This document shows positions 11,396-24,917 of a stretch of DNA of 64,000 nucleotides, piece by piece. Position 1 is the stretch's first letter; each line of letters starts with the position of its first letter. The stretch is from Mobula hypostoma (Eukaryota). The notes beneath the pieces were generated by a model. It saw only the letters and a list, made by a program, of their open reading frames with translations. It did no database searches and was not told the DNA's origin. The DNA lies in NCBI RefSeq assembly GCF_963921235.1, contig NC_086108.1, positions 45,200,001-45,264,000 on the forward strand, in the 5' to 3' direction. The translations under genes were made by a program, and so were the position numbers.

Positions 11396-14300
11396 CATAA
11401 ATGAGACTGCCAGCCATATCATCTTTAATTTGTTATTGATTGGAAGACTTTCATTACCAGAATGGTGGTTGTGAATTTGGAGTGTTAAATTGCTCTGAAC
11501 AGTGACCTTAATCTGAATTGAGTAATGATGGTTTAGTTAACATGTACAGAGTAATGCTTAATATAACTTTTCAGGACTGTATGTAACTACTATGCTATTT
11601 TATTTAAGTCATCAAACTAAAAAGCTAGAGCCTCTGGTGTAGGACACTTGGAGTATTTGTAAGAGGAGACAAGGAATTAGAAACGTTAACATACATTAAA
11701 ACAGTTTAACATAGAGGAATTAAACTTGTGCAACTTTCTTCCAGAAGCCCAGGGGAGTGATTTTCTTCCGTGTATGATATTCCGCGAGTCCTGTATTTAA
11801 AGTAGAACGTATCTCAGGACATAATTCAATTCTACATATTAACCACGGATAACTTCAAGAGTCATATTAGAACTGTCCATTTATCCGTGCAGTTTTATTT
11901 TACCATGGCTAAAGGCAGCTGGTTGTGGAGCTGAACTAAACAACATGAGAAAGAGCTGCGGGTGGACACCCCATTTCTCAAATACATTATTGGTTATCTT
12001 GCTATAGAGATGGACAGCTGGGGCAAGGAACTGAGCAGTTATCCCCTGCTTCTCCCTCCCAAATCCCTCTACTCCTTTTGTGAAAGGAAGTGGAAGGCTC
12101 TATATAAAATATATGGTGGTAACTGAGCTGTCAGGGAAAACTCCAAAGTTGCTGCTTGTGATGGAATCCTCAATAATGAACCAAGAAAGGACTTAGCCTT
12201 TAATACTCTAGCAGGTCTTCATCCTGCTGCAAGACTTGTTTGTTTTTACATCTTGAATGTGCACCACTATAAGTGAATTTTCATGCTGATAGATGTCACA
12301 CTAGGAACTACCAGTAGAATTTAGTAATGATTCAATTCAGTCATGTAGAGCAAATAAATAGATGTTTTATGATTATATTCCCTGCCCAAGATAAAACTGG
12401 AAGTAATTTCAAAATAAAATTGTAGAATCCAAGCAAAATAGGGGTCCAGAAGAATTCTACAGTTTAAGGAATTGAGAAAGGATTTGTTTTTGCAGTGAAG
12501 AGATGAGACAGCTCTTGGTTGATGGAGGAGAAAGAAAATATATTGAAACTAATTTGAACTATGGTGGAAACAAGAAGAGGCTTTGGTAGAGCAGTAAATA
12601 AAGAAGGTTCACTAAATAGAGAAACTGCAAGAGGAAAAGTAAATGAGAGTTTGGGTTGTGAGGTGAGAGCATCCCCTATCAAATCAAAGCAGAGGTGTCA
12701 GTAATAACAATTACTCAAATATCAGAGCAGAGAATACTTTGCCTTGACTTTCTATGGCAAATATCACATGAAACGAACTTTTTTTAGACCACTTTCTCTG
12801 ACCAGGTGCTGTCAAAGTAAAACAAGAATTTAGTTTATAAAAATGATTAAAACAATGTTAAGTTCTCGGTAAATCACTAATCAAAACCTGGCATACTATT
12901 CTGTAGTTGTAGAGTTTTCAGTATGAAACTAAGAAAAAATGTTTTGGATTGAAAATCTTAAGATTTTCCATGTGTAGTCTGTCTCCAATGTCAGTAGTCT
13001 ATGACCTGCTCTTTCCTTTCTGTTGTATAAAGGCCATTTTGTTTATTTGACCTGACAGCAACCACCATGGATATTAGCAAGGTTGTTGAGCAGCACACTG
13101 CTGCTATTTAGCTCCATAATGGTAAAAAAAGTTTCACTTATTCCATCACAGCTCATTTCCCCCAGAAATGTTACTCAGAGCTACAATTGATATTCATTAA
13201 GACAACCTCTGTTTTCCCAGCCTTACTGTCTTTCATTTGCTATAGATTAAAGTTAAAAATGTGCTGAATTTTGCATTTTCCCAGAAGTGGACATTTGAGT
13301 TGCCAGTTGCAGAGTAATTCCAGAATGATCCACGACCTTGGTACTAGTGATACCATTGGCAATTTTGTGGTTTCCTTAATTGTAAGGGATAACAATTTAA
13401 AACCAGTGTTGATAAGGGACTTTTCTTCCAGGACTTTAGTAAAAGTAAATCTGGTTTCTTTCATAAATCATTCAATCAGATTGGATGGATGACTGTTTAG
13501 GGATTAGATCAAGACTGTGTCTCTAACGTCAATGCAGCTTGGTGAACTAATAAATGGGAGAAATATATTTTTGGAAATTATATATCTTGGGATCATCGTA
13601 ATTTGCTATTCTTAAAGAGTTGAAATCAATTGTCAATAAAATAAACATTTCTATATCTTATAGCTAATTATCAGTTGATAAAAACTTGTTTTGAATGCTA
13701 ATGCTAAAAGGGTATTGGAATATTGTATGCATCTGGTTTACTCCCCTTCATGTTTGATTCCATGAATTCAATGAAAATGACTTTTAGTTTGAGAGTACAA
13801 CTGGCAGCCAGTATTTTGTTCCTAGGAGCTAAGGCAAGTTCCATGATAAAAGCTATTTCATTTCAAGGCTACGGCATTCTTTTTTTCTTAACTTCTATAT
13901 TTGTTGTGTGTCCCTCTGAGATGTGGAGGACCAGCGCCATTCCTTCTCTAAGGAATGGCAGTGCCATGTGAGTGGTTCACTCAGCTTCATCTACCCATTC
14001 TTAAAAATTAGTGGTGGTGGAGAGAGAGCATGAGATGTGGTTGTGGTGTTGGGGTGGAGGAAAGGGATACTAGGGGAACTGTAGTGACAGAGAATGGAAT
14101 TGAACCTCAGAGTAGATAGCTGGTGCCAAAGAGGACATCAGCATCATATGGTACTAATTCAATGCAGTAGCAACATTATATATTTATATCACACTGTGAC
14201 ATTGGAAGGTGTCCCAAAATTTGATCAAGCCACAAAATGGAAATATCGAGATAAATCAAGTAAAATTTTGGTTACGTAAACGGTAGGTATCTTAAGGGAG

Positions 14301-14767
14301 GAAAGGCACACAGACAGGTAGAATATTTTAAGAAGGGAATTCCAGAGTCCTAGGGCCTCTGGAATTGAAAGCATAACCTCAAATTTTAAATTACATTCTC
14401 AGACCTGGAAACAGACAGGTATCAAAAGAGAGTTGAAGCACGGGAGGAATTTGCAGAGGTAGGAGACTTAGGGAAAAATTTGAATGCAAGCGTGAGGATT
14501 GTAAAATTGGTATGCTTTATTGAAGGAAACCAGTATAAAGGTGAGCAATCAGCAAAGGTGCAATGCAAATTAGAACAAGGGTACCAAGTTTTAGGATACT
14601 GGAAGGCTTGTTTCCTGAAGAACAGAACAAGGGACAAAGAGTGCAATAGAATAGTTACGCCTTGAGGTAAACAAAGTTATGGATAAATGTCTAAGGAGCT
14701 GAAGCTGGAGCAGAGCTAGGTGTTGTTAGGAAGGTAACAATAGGCTAATGTAAGACTAGACACATAT

Positions 14768-15330
14768 CAGAATCAGGATTATTGTCACTGATGTAAGTCA
14801 TGAAACGTGTTTTATAGCAGCAGTACAGTGCAGGCAGAACAAATTGCTATAAGTTATAATATAAATAAATAGCACAGAAGAGGAATAGAAAAATAATGCT
14901 CATGAGTTCATGAACTATTCACAAATCTGAAGGCAGATGGGAAGAAGCTGTTCCTAAAATGTTGAGAATGGGTCTTTAGGTTCTCATACTACCCCCTCCC
15001 TGATGATAGGAGTGAGAAGAGGGCATGTCCCAGATGGTGGTGGTCTTTCACAGTCTTGAACCTGTGATGGAGCTGGCTGAGTCTACAACCATCTCAAGCT
15101 TCCTGAAAACCCGTGCATCAGTATCTCCACACCAGACGGTGATGACACCAGTCAGAATGCTCTCCACAGTACATCTGTAGAATTTGCTAGAGCTTTTGGT
15201 GACATACCAGATCTCCCTGAACTCTTAATGAAGTAGAGTTGTTGGCGTGTCTTTGTCATGATTGTATCAATATGTTGGACTCAGGTTTGACCCTTTGAGA
15301 TGTTGATGCTCAGGAACTTGAAACTACTTA
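14768..15330 (-). mobile_element. Rex1/Babar-type LINE 3' fragment
   Basis: ATCAGAATCAGG tail, and a body similar to other copies (SILTGVITVWCG on the minus strand). Confidence 0.6.
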
Positions 15331-16550
15331 CCCTATTTGATCCGAGTTCATGTTGGGATCAAATATTACACCAAGCTGTGAATAGCTTGGTCAGCCTCGC
15401 GCAATTCCCAAGAAGAAGAATGGTGTCAGTGGTTATGGTAAGAAATTGTGTGTAGAGGTCTAAGACAGTGACTCATGTCTCCACAATATTTAGTTTAAGG
15501 AAGTTTACAGCTGCTAAAAAGCTAGATTATGGACAAACTGGATGATATTTAAACACAGAGGAGGAGTTGTGAGGGATGGTGATAAAGTACAGCTGGATCT
15601 CATCACCACCACATGTGAAAGATTTTCCACTGTAAGTGGCTGGGCCCTGGGGAGTGTTGTAGAACAGAGGGACCTCAGAGTACAAGTACATAGTGTAGTT
15701 CTCTGAAACTGTTGTCACATGAGTGAAGGGGAGCGGGGAAGGGCAGCAAGGAAGGCCATTGCCATGTTGACTTTCATTGGTCAGGGCATTAGAGAAGTTG
15801 GATTGTTATGTAGCAGTTGTACAAGAAGATGATGAGACCGCATTTGGAATTTTGTGTTTGTTTTGGTCACCATACCCAAAGAAAGATGCCATCAGTTGGA
15901 ATGAATGTAAAGGAGATTTACAGGGATGTTTCCTGGAGGGCCTGTTTCTGTGCTGTATGATTCTGTGACTCTATGATTCTGTCGAGTATAAGAAGTAGTA
16001 GGGAATTAAATGTAGATCCTTAGGAAACACCAGCAATAATGGTGCTGGAGCAGAAAGAGAATCCTTTTGCAAATTGTTCTCTGGCTATAATCAGATGAGA
16101 AGGTGTTATATTATGTGATTGCAACCCAGGTTGACTACTGGTTTGAGGATGATGAGGTCTATCGTGACTGCAGGCAAATCAAAAAAGGTAAGCTAGAATA
16201 GATTGCGTTTGTCACAGCCATAAAATGTCTTGTTCACCCCTAATGAGAGGTGTTTCACAGGGATGAAAGTTTGATTTATGAGATTCAGCGATGTAGTTCC
16301 AGGCAAGATAGGCATGATTCTGAGGTGCTACTAAAGCCATAACCTCGAAAGTGTGGAGTTTGGAGATGTTTGCGAGGATGAAGCTTTTTGAGGAGAGATG
16401 AGAGATGATGCAGAGTAAATTCTCTCCATGCTCGAGACAAACAGGGGCATCCTTTTTGTACCAGAATGACTTGTTGACATTTGTCCTTTTTCCACATTAA
16501 TCATTTGCAAATTGAGAGAAGTTTTGTGTGGCAAAGGTAAATTGGATATG

Positions 16551-17481
16551 CAGTTGGCCCTCCTTATCCGCGAGTTCCGCATGCGCGAATTCAACCAACC
16601 GCGAATCGAGAAAACCCGGAAGTGCTCTTCCAGCACTTGTTGTTCGAACATGTACAGACTTTTTTTTCTTGTCATTATTCCCTAAACAATGCAGTATGAT
16701 AACTATTTTACACAGCATTTACATTGTATTAGGTATTATAAGTAATCTAGAGATGATTTAAAGTATACGGGAGAATGTGCATAGTTTATCGTGAATCAGG
16801 ATCGAAAGAAAAACAGAAGTTCTCTTACTAAGTAAGTTGGAACAGGTACATCCGGTATTATTTAGCGTTAGTTAGTCAAATGTTTTTCTTAGTATATAGT
16901 ATATATTTTACCTTTCTATGCACATAAACCACTTAAGAAAAGTATGTTTCAGCACTGGGCTCGGGAACAGAAGTTCCCGAGTTCGATCCAGTCACAAAGT
17001 GCTCCCGAGCGTGCTCTCCAACTGTGCCGGGTTGATGTGAAGGATCAAAAACCCAAAACCCCAAAACCCAATAATTAAACCACTGCGTTGCTTAGTAATA
17101 ATTGTAGCTTTAACCGGGCAGGGCCTTTCTCATTTTATCCTTTAAAATTGTTCCGATTGTTGACCAACTGTAGCCTAACGCTTTTCCAATGACCGATGGC
17201 TTTTCACCTCTTTCTGATCGCTTTATTATTTCCACTTTATTTAAAATCGTGATCGTGATTATTTTCGTGAACAGAAACATTGCGGATTCGGAGCTTCGCC
17301 GCCGGGTCCTAATGCCCACCGCACTGAGACGGGTTAAATAAGGTCCGGAGTTCCGCTGGGTCCTAAGGTCGTAAGGTCCACCGCATTGAGACAGGTTGAA
17401 TAAGGGACTTGAGCATCTGCATTTTTTGGTATCCACGAGGGGTCCCAGAACCAATCCTTCGTGGATAAGGAGGGCTGACTG
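16551..17481 (-). mobile_element. Tigger/pogo-family DNA transposon, internally deleted
   Basis: TIRs CAGTTGGCCCTCCTTATCCGCG / CGTGGATAAGGAGGGCTGACTG, flanked by TG/TA. The minus-strand ORF 17110-17454 retains a CENP-B-like N-terminal HTH (KVEIIKRSERGEKPSVIGKALGYSWSTIGTILKDK). Confidence 0.85.
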
Positions 17482-17775
17482 TAATTTTTCCTTACCTCCA
17501 AGAAAACTCAGATATTCATTATTTCAATCTGAATACAAGTCCCAAATATGGAGTTAGTGAGCCAGAATTTGCTGAAAAAATATCAGTGTGGAATGATGAA
17601 CTTCATTATTAATTTGTAAGCAGGCCAGATAATAAAGAAAAAAAGATTTCGTATGAAGTGCAAATTGCCATGAGCTGCTAACTTATTTCCTTTGCTTTAT
17701 TGTTAATATTTCACAAATGCCATCCACTCAGCAGCCTCACCTTGAAGTTCTGATACATTAATTGCCAATTCAAAG

Positions 17776-18170
17776 TTAAAGGAAATTTATTATTAAAGTT
17801 ACCATATACAACCCTGAGATTCCTTTTCCTGTGGACATTCACATTAAGTACAAGAAACACGATAGAATCAATGAAAGGGTCCACCCTTCAGGATGGACAG
17901 ACAATCAATGTGCAAAAGACAACAAACTGTGCAAATACAAAAAGAAGGATAAAAGATATAATAATAACAATAATAAATAAACTATAAATATCGAGAATAT
18001 GAGTCCTTGAAAGTGAGCCCATAGATTGTGGGAACCAATCAGTGATGGGGCAAGAGAAGTTGAGTGAAGTTATCCCCACTGGTTCAAGATCCTGATGGCT
18101 GAGGGGTACTAACTGTCCCTGAACCTGGTAGTGTGGGCCCTGAGGCTCCTTTACCTCCTTCCTGACAGCA
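17776..18170 (-). mobile_element. Rex1-type LINE 3' UTR fragment
   Basis: Similar to 60380-60750 and 58140-58380 (shared ATGTGCAAAAGA(C)AACAA, CCTTGAAAGTGAG). Confidence 0.6.
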
Positions 18171-18419
18171 CAGAGGTTAAATTTGGTAGTTAATATTGCA
18201 AGCTTTTTAATCGTGATAGCAGATAATTACTTCCGGTCAATGTCTTTCTTATCCTAAAAGTGAGTAATGAAAATATTTAGTCTTATTCTATCAGATAGTT
18301 AATGGATACTCTATGAATTTCAGATTTTACCCTTTGCTTACTTTTTTCTTTCTGAATGTCCCTTTTTCTCTTTCCTTTAAATTATCTTCTATTTATTTTT
18401 CTTACATTTAAGTATATAA

Positions 18420-18825
18420 ATTAGAAGCAGATGTAGACCACCTAGAACCTTGAACCTGCTCCACCATTCAATGAGGTCATGGCTGATCTGTTTGTAACCT
18501 CAACACTGCCTTTTATATTACCCCCAATAACCTTTCACTCACATTGCTTGTAAAGAATCTGTCTACTTGTGCCTCAACAATATTTTTCCATTTTCACACA
18601 GAATCTTCCAAGAGAAAAAATTTAAACCTCACCTGTGTCATAAATAGGTGACCCCTTATCGTTAGCAGCGATCCATAGTTCTAGAAACTTTCACAAGAAA
18701 CATTCTCTCCACCCTGTCAAGACCCCTCAGGATCTCAAGTGTTTATGTGTTTCAGTCGTCTCCTCTAATTCTTCTAAACTCCAGAAAATACAAACCTAAC
18801 CTGCCTATTTTTTCTCATAAGACAA
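18420..18825 (-). mobile_element. Old CR1 3' end fragment
   Basis: CCTGCTCCACCATTCAAT..ATCATGGCTGATCT is the reverse complement of the 3' UTR type seen at 50597-50630. Confidence 0.55.
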
Positions 18826-19591
18826 TATTTTGTGATGGATTTGATATTAAATTAACCCCCTTTAACCAGTCTCCTTTAGTCTTCAAACCTGCTGGTTAAG
18901 GAGAACCAAACTTTGTCCGATCACTCATTACGTTCCCAGATGTTCTTTTTTTTTGGCTGCACTGTTAATCAGTGTGCAGCTGCAACCAGCAAGACAAAGG
19001 AGCTGAACATAGTAGAAGAGGTTTAATTATTGGGCACATTGTGAGGTACCAACTTCAGCAAACCCAGGCCTGTATCTAAACCACCCAATTTCTCTTAAAG
19101 ATCCCATTTGACATTTTCACGGCAAAATTCAGAGCGTGGTTTGGAGTATGACTTATTAATTAGTATAAGCAGCAGATGGGCTAAATCAACTTGGACAGAT
19201 GTAACAGTCAGTTTTGAGACTACTGATTTAAATTAATCCCAAAAGGTTATTAATTTGTCTTTAGTGACATTCCAGAAAGATCATTTTGAGAATAAAATAC
19301 CCTCTATGTGTGTGATTTAAAACAGCTTAGGTAATGTATGTTTTTGAAAGAGTTGATGAAGCGTACTTCAACAAAAAAGAAATCAGTTCAATCTAATGCT
19401 GTTCTAGTACGTGTCAGTGTTGAAAGGTTAAATTAATAGCACAGGAGTTTTTTTTTCATCCCTGAGTTAGTACAGATGTTGAGCTGTAGTGATTTACTGG
19501 ATGAGCATTGTTGGTCTACACTGTAAGCATTGTAGCATAGCTGCCTTGTTCTTTTCATGGTAATATTTATATTTTTAATACTTTATTGCAG

Positions 19592-19753
19592 TTCGAAGGC
19601 TGTAATAAGGCATTTTCTAGACTAGAAAATCTCAAGATCCACCTGCGGAGCCATACTGGTGAGAAGCCTTACCTTTGTCAACACACCGGCTGCCAGAAGG
19701 CTTTCAGCAACTCCAGTGATCGTGCCAAACACCAGCGAACACACCTGGACACA
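19592..19753 (+). CDS. GLIS1: GLIS-family C2H2 zinc-finger transcription factor, internal coding exon (most of ZF3 plus ZF4)
   Basis: Acceptor ...ctttattgcag|TTC and donor ACA|gtaagc. The exon is 162 nt, phase 0/0, and encodes [54 protein letters not shown], nearly identical to GLIS1/GLIS3 as recalled. The paralog call rests on the next exon. Confidence 0.9.
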
Positions 19754-19894
19754 GTAAGCACGATACAGAATGTTTTGCATTATATTTAATTAGTGTTTAC
19801 TCAGTACTGCACCCTATCAATGCATTGAATTAGCTAATCGAGGCAATCAAGGAGAAACAGTAGGAACATTAAAATTCTGAAATAACCAGTAAAA

Positions 19895-20672
19895 TCAAAA
19901 TCAGGTTTATTATCACATGAAACTTATTGTTGTGTGGCAGATGTACAGTGCAAAGATATAAAATTACTATAAATTACAAAATAATTAAATAGCACATAAA
20001 AAGGAGAGGTGGCAGTGTTGACAGGTTCATGGACCATTCAGGGGTCTGGTGGTGGAGGGGAAGAGGCTATGCCTGAATTGTTGAGTGTAGGTCTTCAGAC
20101 TGCCATACTTTCTCCCTAATGGTTGTAACGAGAAGAGGACATGTCTTGGAGGGTGATGGTCCTTAGTGTTGGTGGGGCCTCCTTGTGGCACCATCTTTTG
20201 AAGGTCTCCTGAATGGTGGGGTAGGTTAATCCTGTGATTGAACTGGCTGAGTCTACAGCATCTTGCATGGAGCCTCTGTATAAGGCTGTGATGCAACCAG
20301 TCAGAATGCTCTTCACCACACATTTACTGAATCTGTAAGAGCCTTCGGTACCATACCAAATCTCCTCAAATTCCTAATGAATTACAGCCATTGGCATGAC
20401 TTCTTCATGATTGCAACAATGTGTTGTGCCCAGGGTAGTTCCTCCCAAGATTTTTGATGCCCGTGAAGTTGAAGCTGCTCATCCTTTCCTCTGCTGACTG
20501 CTCAGTGAGGTGGTGTGTGCTCTCCTGACTTCCCCTTCTTGAGTCCACAATTAATTCCTGATCTTGCTGATATTGAATGTGAGGTGGTTGTTGTGACACC
20601 ATTCAACCAGCTAGCTGATCTACGTCACTTCTGTCTACCTCCTTGTTGCTGTCTGAGATTTTACCAACAGCA
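19895..20672 (-). mobile_element. Rex1/Babar-type LINE 3' fragment
   Basis: Remnants SILTGCITA, HVLFSLQPLGRKYGSLKTYTQQFRHSLFP and ELIVDSRR. Confidence 0.7.
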
Positions 20673-23600
20673 GTGGTTTTTACCAACAAAAATGCTGCAA
20701 ATGCGCAATAGGTTGGTCATGATGTTAAAAGAAATATAAGCAGGTTAACTGTTTACTCCAGAACAGGACAAGTGGAGAGTAAGCGATGATTTGGGCAGCC
20801 AGCAAACAGACTACGCTACTACTACTGCATTTCTGAGGATAAATCCGACTCATAACGTCAGCTGGCTTTAATAACTACCTGATGTAGCTTTGGCATGCCC
20901 TATCGTGTGTATCATATTTCTTGTCCAATAGAATGAGGTAAACAGAACTGTATCCAATGTGCCTGATTCTATACAGCAGGAAGGAATGGTATACTTCAAT
21001 AGTGTCTAACAGGAAACTGGGATTCCAAGGCCAGTTATTGTCTATTCTTGTATTTAATGGGCTGAAACTGGTAGACCTGTGAGATCCACCCAAACACCGT
21101 CTGTGAGCCCATTTAACTGCAGCAGAACCAAGTCATCCTCAAATCTCAGTACAAAAAGATGTTGGCTGCCATGATCAATGAAGATGCAGGCTAGAGGTTT
21201 GCACTCCAATATTTGTAGAATTGATGTATTTCAGTGGATAAAGAAACTGATATTAGGTGGAGCAACCATTACTTTTAATGCCTGTGAACTGGGAGCAGAA
21301 CATACATGGAAAATTCCCACTGTGCATTGACAAAGCTGATGAGGGTGTCTGTATGGAGATTTGTGGAAATCCTTATTGGGTTTGGTTCTGACTTCCCAGC
21401 CAAATCTTACAATCAAAGTTCCCACTCACTCCAGTGCTTTCCCACTTTGATGTGGATGGTTATCTGTGTCTTTTCCAATTGAAAATCATTAGAAATAAAA
21501 AGTAGATGGGATCTGCAGCAGGTAATGAGGTTGTTTTACCAGTTTACTAGCCTCTGGTAAAAGAGAATATCACTACTTACTAGCTAGCCTCACACATTTA
21601 AGGTGAGTCATTTGAATGAGGTGCTAGTGGAGGTGAAATTGTTAAAGAGGCACACAATTTTAGTACAGCTGACTTATTCTCCATCTTCTTCTGAAATAAG
21701 GAATCTGCTTAGTTTTACGATCAGACCATATCAACTTCCAGAAATCTTTGCTAATGTGCTATATTGTGTCCAGTACAGCAGAGAGAGAGAGAGACCCGTT
21801 TTGAAATTCTAATAGCATAAATAACATTCAGCTATTTAATGACTTTCTTAAGCTGGTTCAGTTTACTTTAAGTCACTGTAGGCTTGTGTAGCAAAGATTG
21901 ATGGTTCATTACTGGAGTTTCTGCAGCACTGATTAACTGTTTTCTCAGGAGGTTATTTATTGACGTACTCATCATGCTGAATTTTCAATCCCCCTTTCTG
22001 GCACAGGACCACAAAAATAGCTTAGGCAACCTGTGTCCAGTTGTGGTTGTTCCTGATGTTGAAATAGAGCAGCCACTTGAAGATAACACAACACATATTT
22101 AAAAATTTAATTCCATGAGGTCCCTGTCCTAACTTTGGTTGAACTTGGATGAAATGCACCCAGTAAAGTTCATGCTTAATTATCATTCAACCATCCATAA
22201 ATACAGCCAAATGGAACGGCCTTCCTCTGGGGCACAGTACCAACTGTCATACACAGCATAAGGTACATATAGCCCATATATGTACCTTGTACATATAGCA
22301 CATAGGCGGTTTCAGAGGTGGAGGTGAAGCTGGAGCGAGCGTTTCGAAGAGGAGTCGGGGTGGAGAAGTTTTGGTGCCTGTCCACCTAATCTGGGTGCAA
22401 GGTTGGATCGCTTTTAGCGCCAAGCTGATTTGGTGAGGACAGGAATGGCTTTGGGCTAGGTGGCGAAGTCTAGGCCCTGTGGCTGGCACGACCCAGTATT
22501 TGGATGATTTAAACACTGGCCCAGATGGACTGGAAAGACCGGAGGTGAGGGTCGGGCTGATTTTCCTTGCTCTCCTGTGATGTTCACTCCTCTCTCCATG
22601 GCGCTGAGGCCGTGAGTCTGCTCCCGCTGCTACGCGTTTCGTGTCAGCGAGCTTCGCAGCGGCTTGCCCCACTATATGGTGAACGAGACCGAGGCTTTGG
22701 ACCATGTCTGGCTGCTCCAGGGATTCGGCTCTATGGACTCAATTTGGTTCAGAATGTTGTTGCTTGCTTCTTTTGTTTGCATTATTTGTGGGGTTTTTTT
22801 TCTCATTCACTGTGCATTGGGTTCATTGTATCTTTCATTTTTAAAAATTGTGTTCTTTTGGGTTTCTTGCTTTGTGCCTGCCAGTAAGCAGACAAATCTC
22901 AAGGTTGTATAATTTATACATACTTTGATAATAAATGTACTTTGAATCTTTGAATATTAGATGGCAAATAAATATACAGCCACACAAAAAATATATATAT
23001 ATCCCAAGTCCCTGAGTGACATGTCCTGTCTATTGATGGTGCATGGTTGTTATCACAAGAAGAAGCAGTTCTCAGCAGTACACAGACGAATGCACGCATG
23101 CACACACACAATCTAATTTGTCATTTCACCAGTCGAACACTGGAGGGCAGCACCTCTGGCGTATCCTCTACTGGACTGCTGCAACAGGCAAGCTCGCAGC
23201 TTGAGGCCTAGTCCTTGCTTCAGCTGAGGCCACGCAGCTGTCTCGCTCACCAATAAACAAGGGGAATGGACTTGCAGCATTTTTACATTATCAGTGTCCA
23301 ACAGGGTCTTGTGATGGTAAGAGAAACATCAAAGACAATCACTTGCAGTTAGACTGCACACTGCTTTCGCGCACTGACTACAACACCTTTCTGTAGCATG
23401 CAGTAACACTGTCCACACCGAGTCAAGCTTCTTCTCTTCCTGTACCAATGAGCAGCTTGCTGATAGGATAGATCTGTAGTACCCGAAATTCTTAATGTTA
23501 TGTTTGTTCTTTAACAAAGACAAACTTGCATGGGTAAAAACACTAGAACTATTTTATTTTCAAGTTTACAGAATGGCTTCAGCTCAACCACATTTTACTT

Positions 23601-24917
23601 GGGACCCTCTAGCCCGCCAAGAGCGTGTGTGTGATCCGTTTACCAATGTCACTCCTGGTTCTGGGTGAACCACCCTTGTTGCACACTGGGAACTGAAGTT
23701 CTTTATTACATGGACACATAATAACACATCTTCCCCCTTTAAAGAAAACAGACACAATAGTATGTCCTCATAAACCTGCAAGACACAATAAAGCTTTCCA
23801 ACAAAGATATTTACATTAACTTGAATTGTAATGAGCAAATACAGTCCCCCATTCACTCATCCACTCTCAAAGCATCTCTGTGGTAGTCCCTTTTGGACTG
23901 CTGTTTACTTTCATAGATGTCTTGCTTTCATTTGCTGCATTAATACCAGTGCCCTTTTGAGAACTCTGATCTATGTGTTCATTTCTTCTACATCCTCTGC
24001 CAAGATCTTATCTGTTTGTCTCTGTTCTTGTGCTTGCTCTGTAACCATAAATCACTCCACGTTCCTCATAATAGAGCCCTGGACTATATCCATGTGATCA
24101 GTGAGTCTTTGCTTAAGTTTCAATTGAGTCTGTCTCGATTCACAGAGCTCCTTCTGTTGGCTGCGTATCATAGATAGCAACTCCTCCTGTTGGTTTGTGT
24201 TGAACTATTGCGGTTGTTATGACCCTGGGTCTTTTGCGGGCTCCCAAACTTACTTTTTATTTTTCCTCTTCAACTTTGGTGAGGATTGTGGAGATAGTTT
24301 TGATTTCCAGTTTTTAATTGAAAGTTGATGAGAATGAGAACCAATGCTGCATGATGTGGAAGTAAGACCGATGACTTCTTCATCATCATCACTCTGTTCA
24401 ATACTGGCATCCTGACTGTCATGCTGGTGTAGCTGGTACGGATGTCTATGGAAAGTGGAGTTCTTGTGCTTCTCTTGCATAACCTTTCTGGAGCTCTCGT
24501 GGATGCTGTTTCGAGTTTCTCGAGTTACATCAGGTAAGCATCCGAGTTCCTCAAAGACATCTGGGTACTTTTTATTGAGTGCTACCTGGTCACCTTTGGT
24601 CTGTAAAGGCACTACAAAAACTCTTTCCACTATGTTGAGCCTTTCACATGCACTCAGATCCAATACAGTACTGGCTGTACTCACTTTTCGGCAATCTGTA
24701 GCTGTGCCTTTAGGTGCTGCCCTTTGTGTTTGAAGGTCACGATACAGACTCCTTTTACTGGAACATTCTCTCCAGTTTAGTCTGTCACTTTTAACTTCAC
24801 TGGGTAAATCTTGTTGTTTACTTTGAGAGTCTTGTAATCATCCATGGATAACAGATTCACCTGGGCCCTGGTGTCAAGCTCGAATGGAATTACTGTCTCA
24901 TTCATAGTCATTGGAAC

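Noticed and set aside
19586..19789. 67-aa ORF as a stand-alone gene or a GLI1/2/3 exon
   Set aside because: It is an internal exon with canonical splice sites, and the ORF ends are intronic. [23 protein letters not shown] and HVKAH match GLIS rather than GLI (LKTHLRS, SNASDRAKHQNRTHS, HVKTVH).
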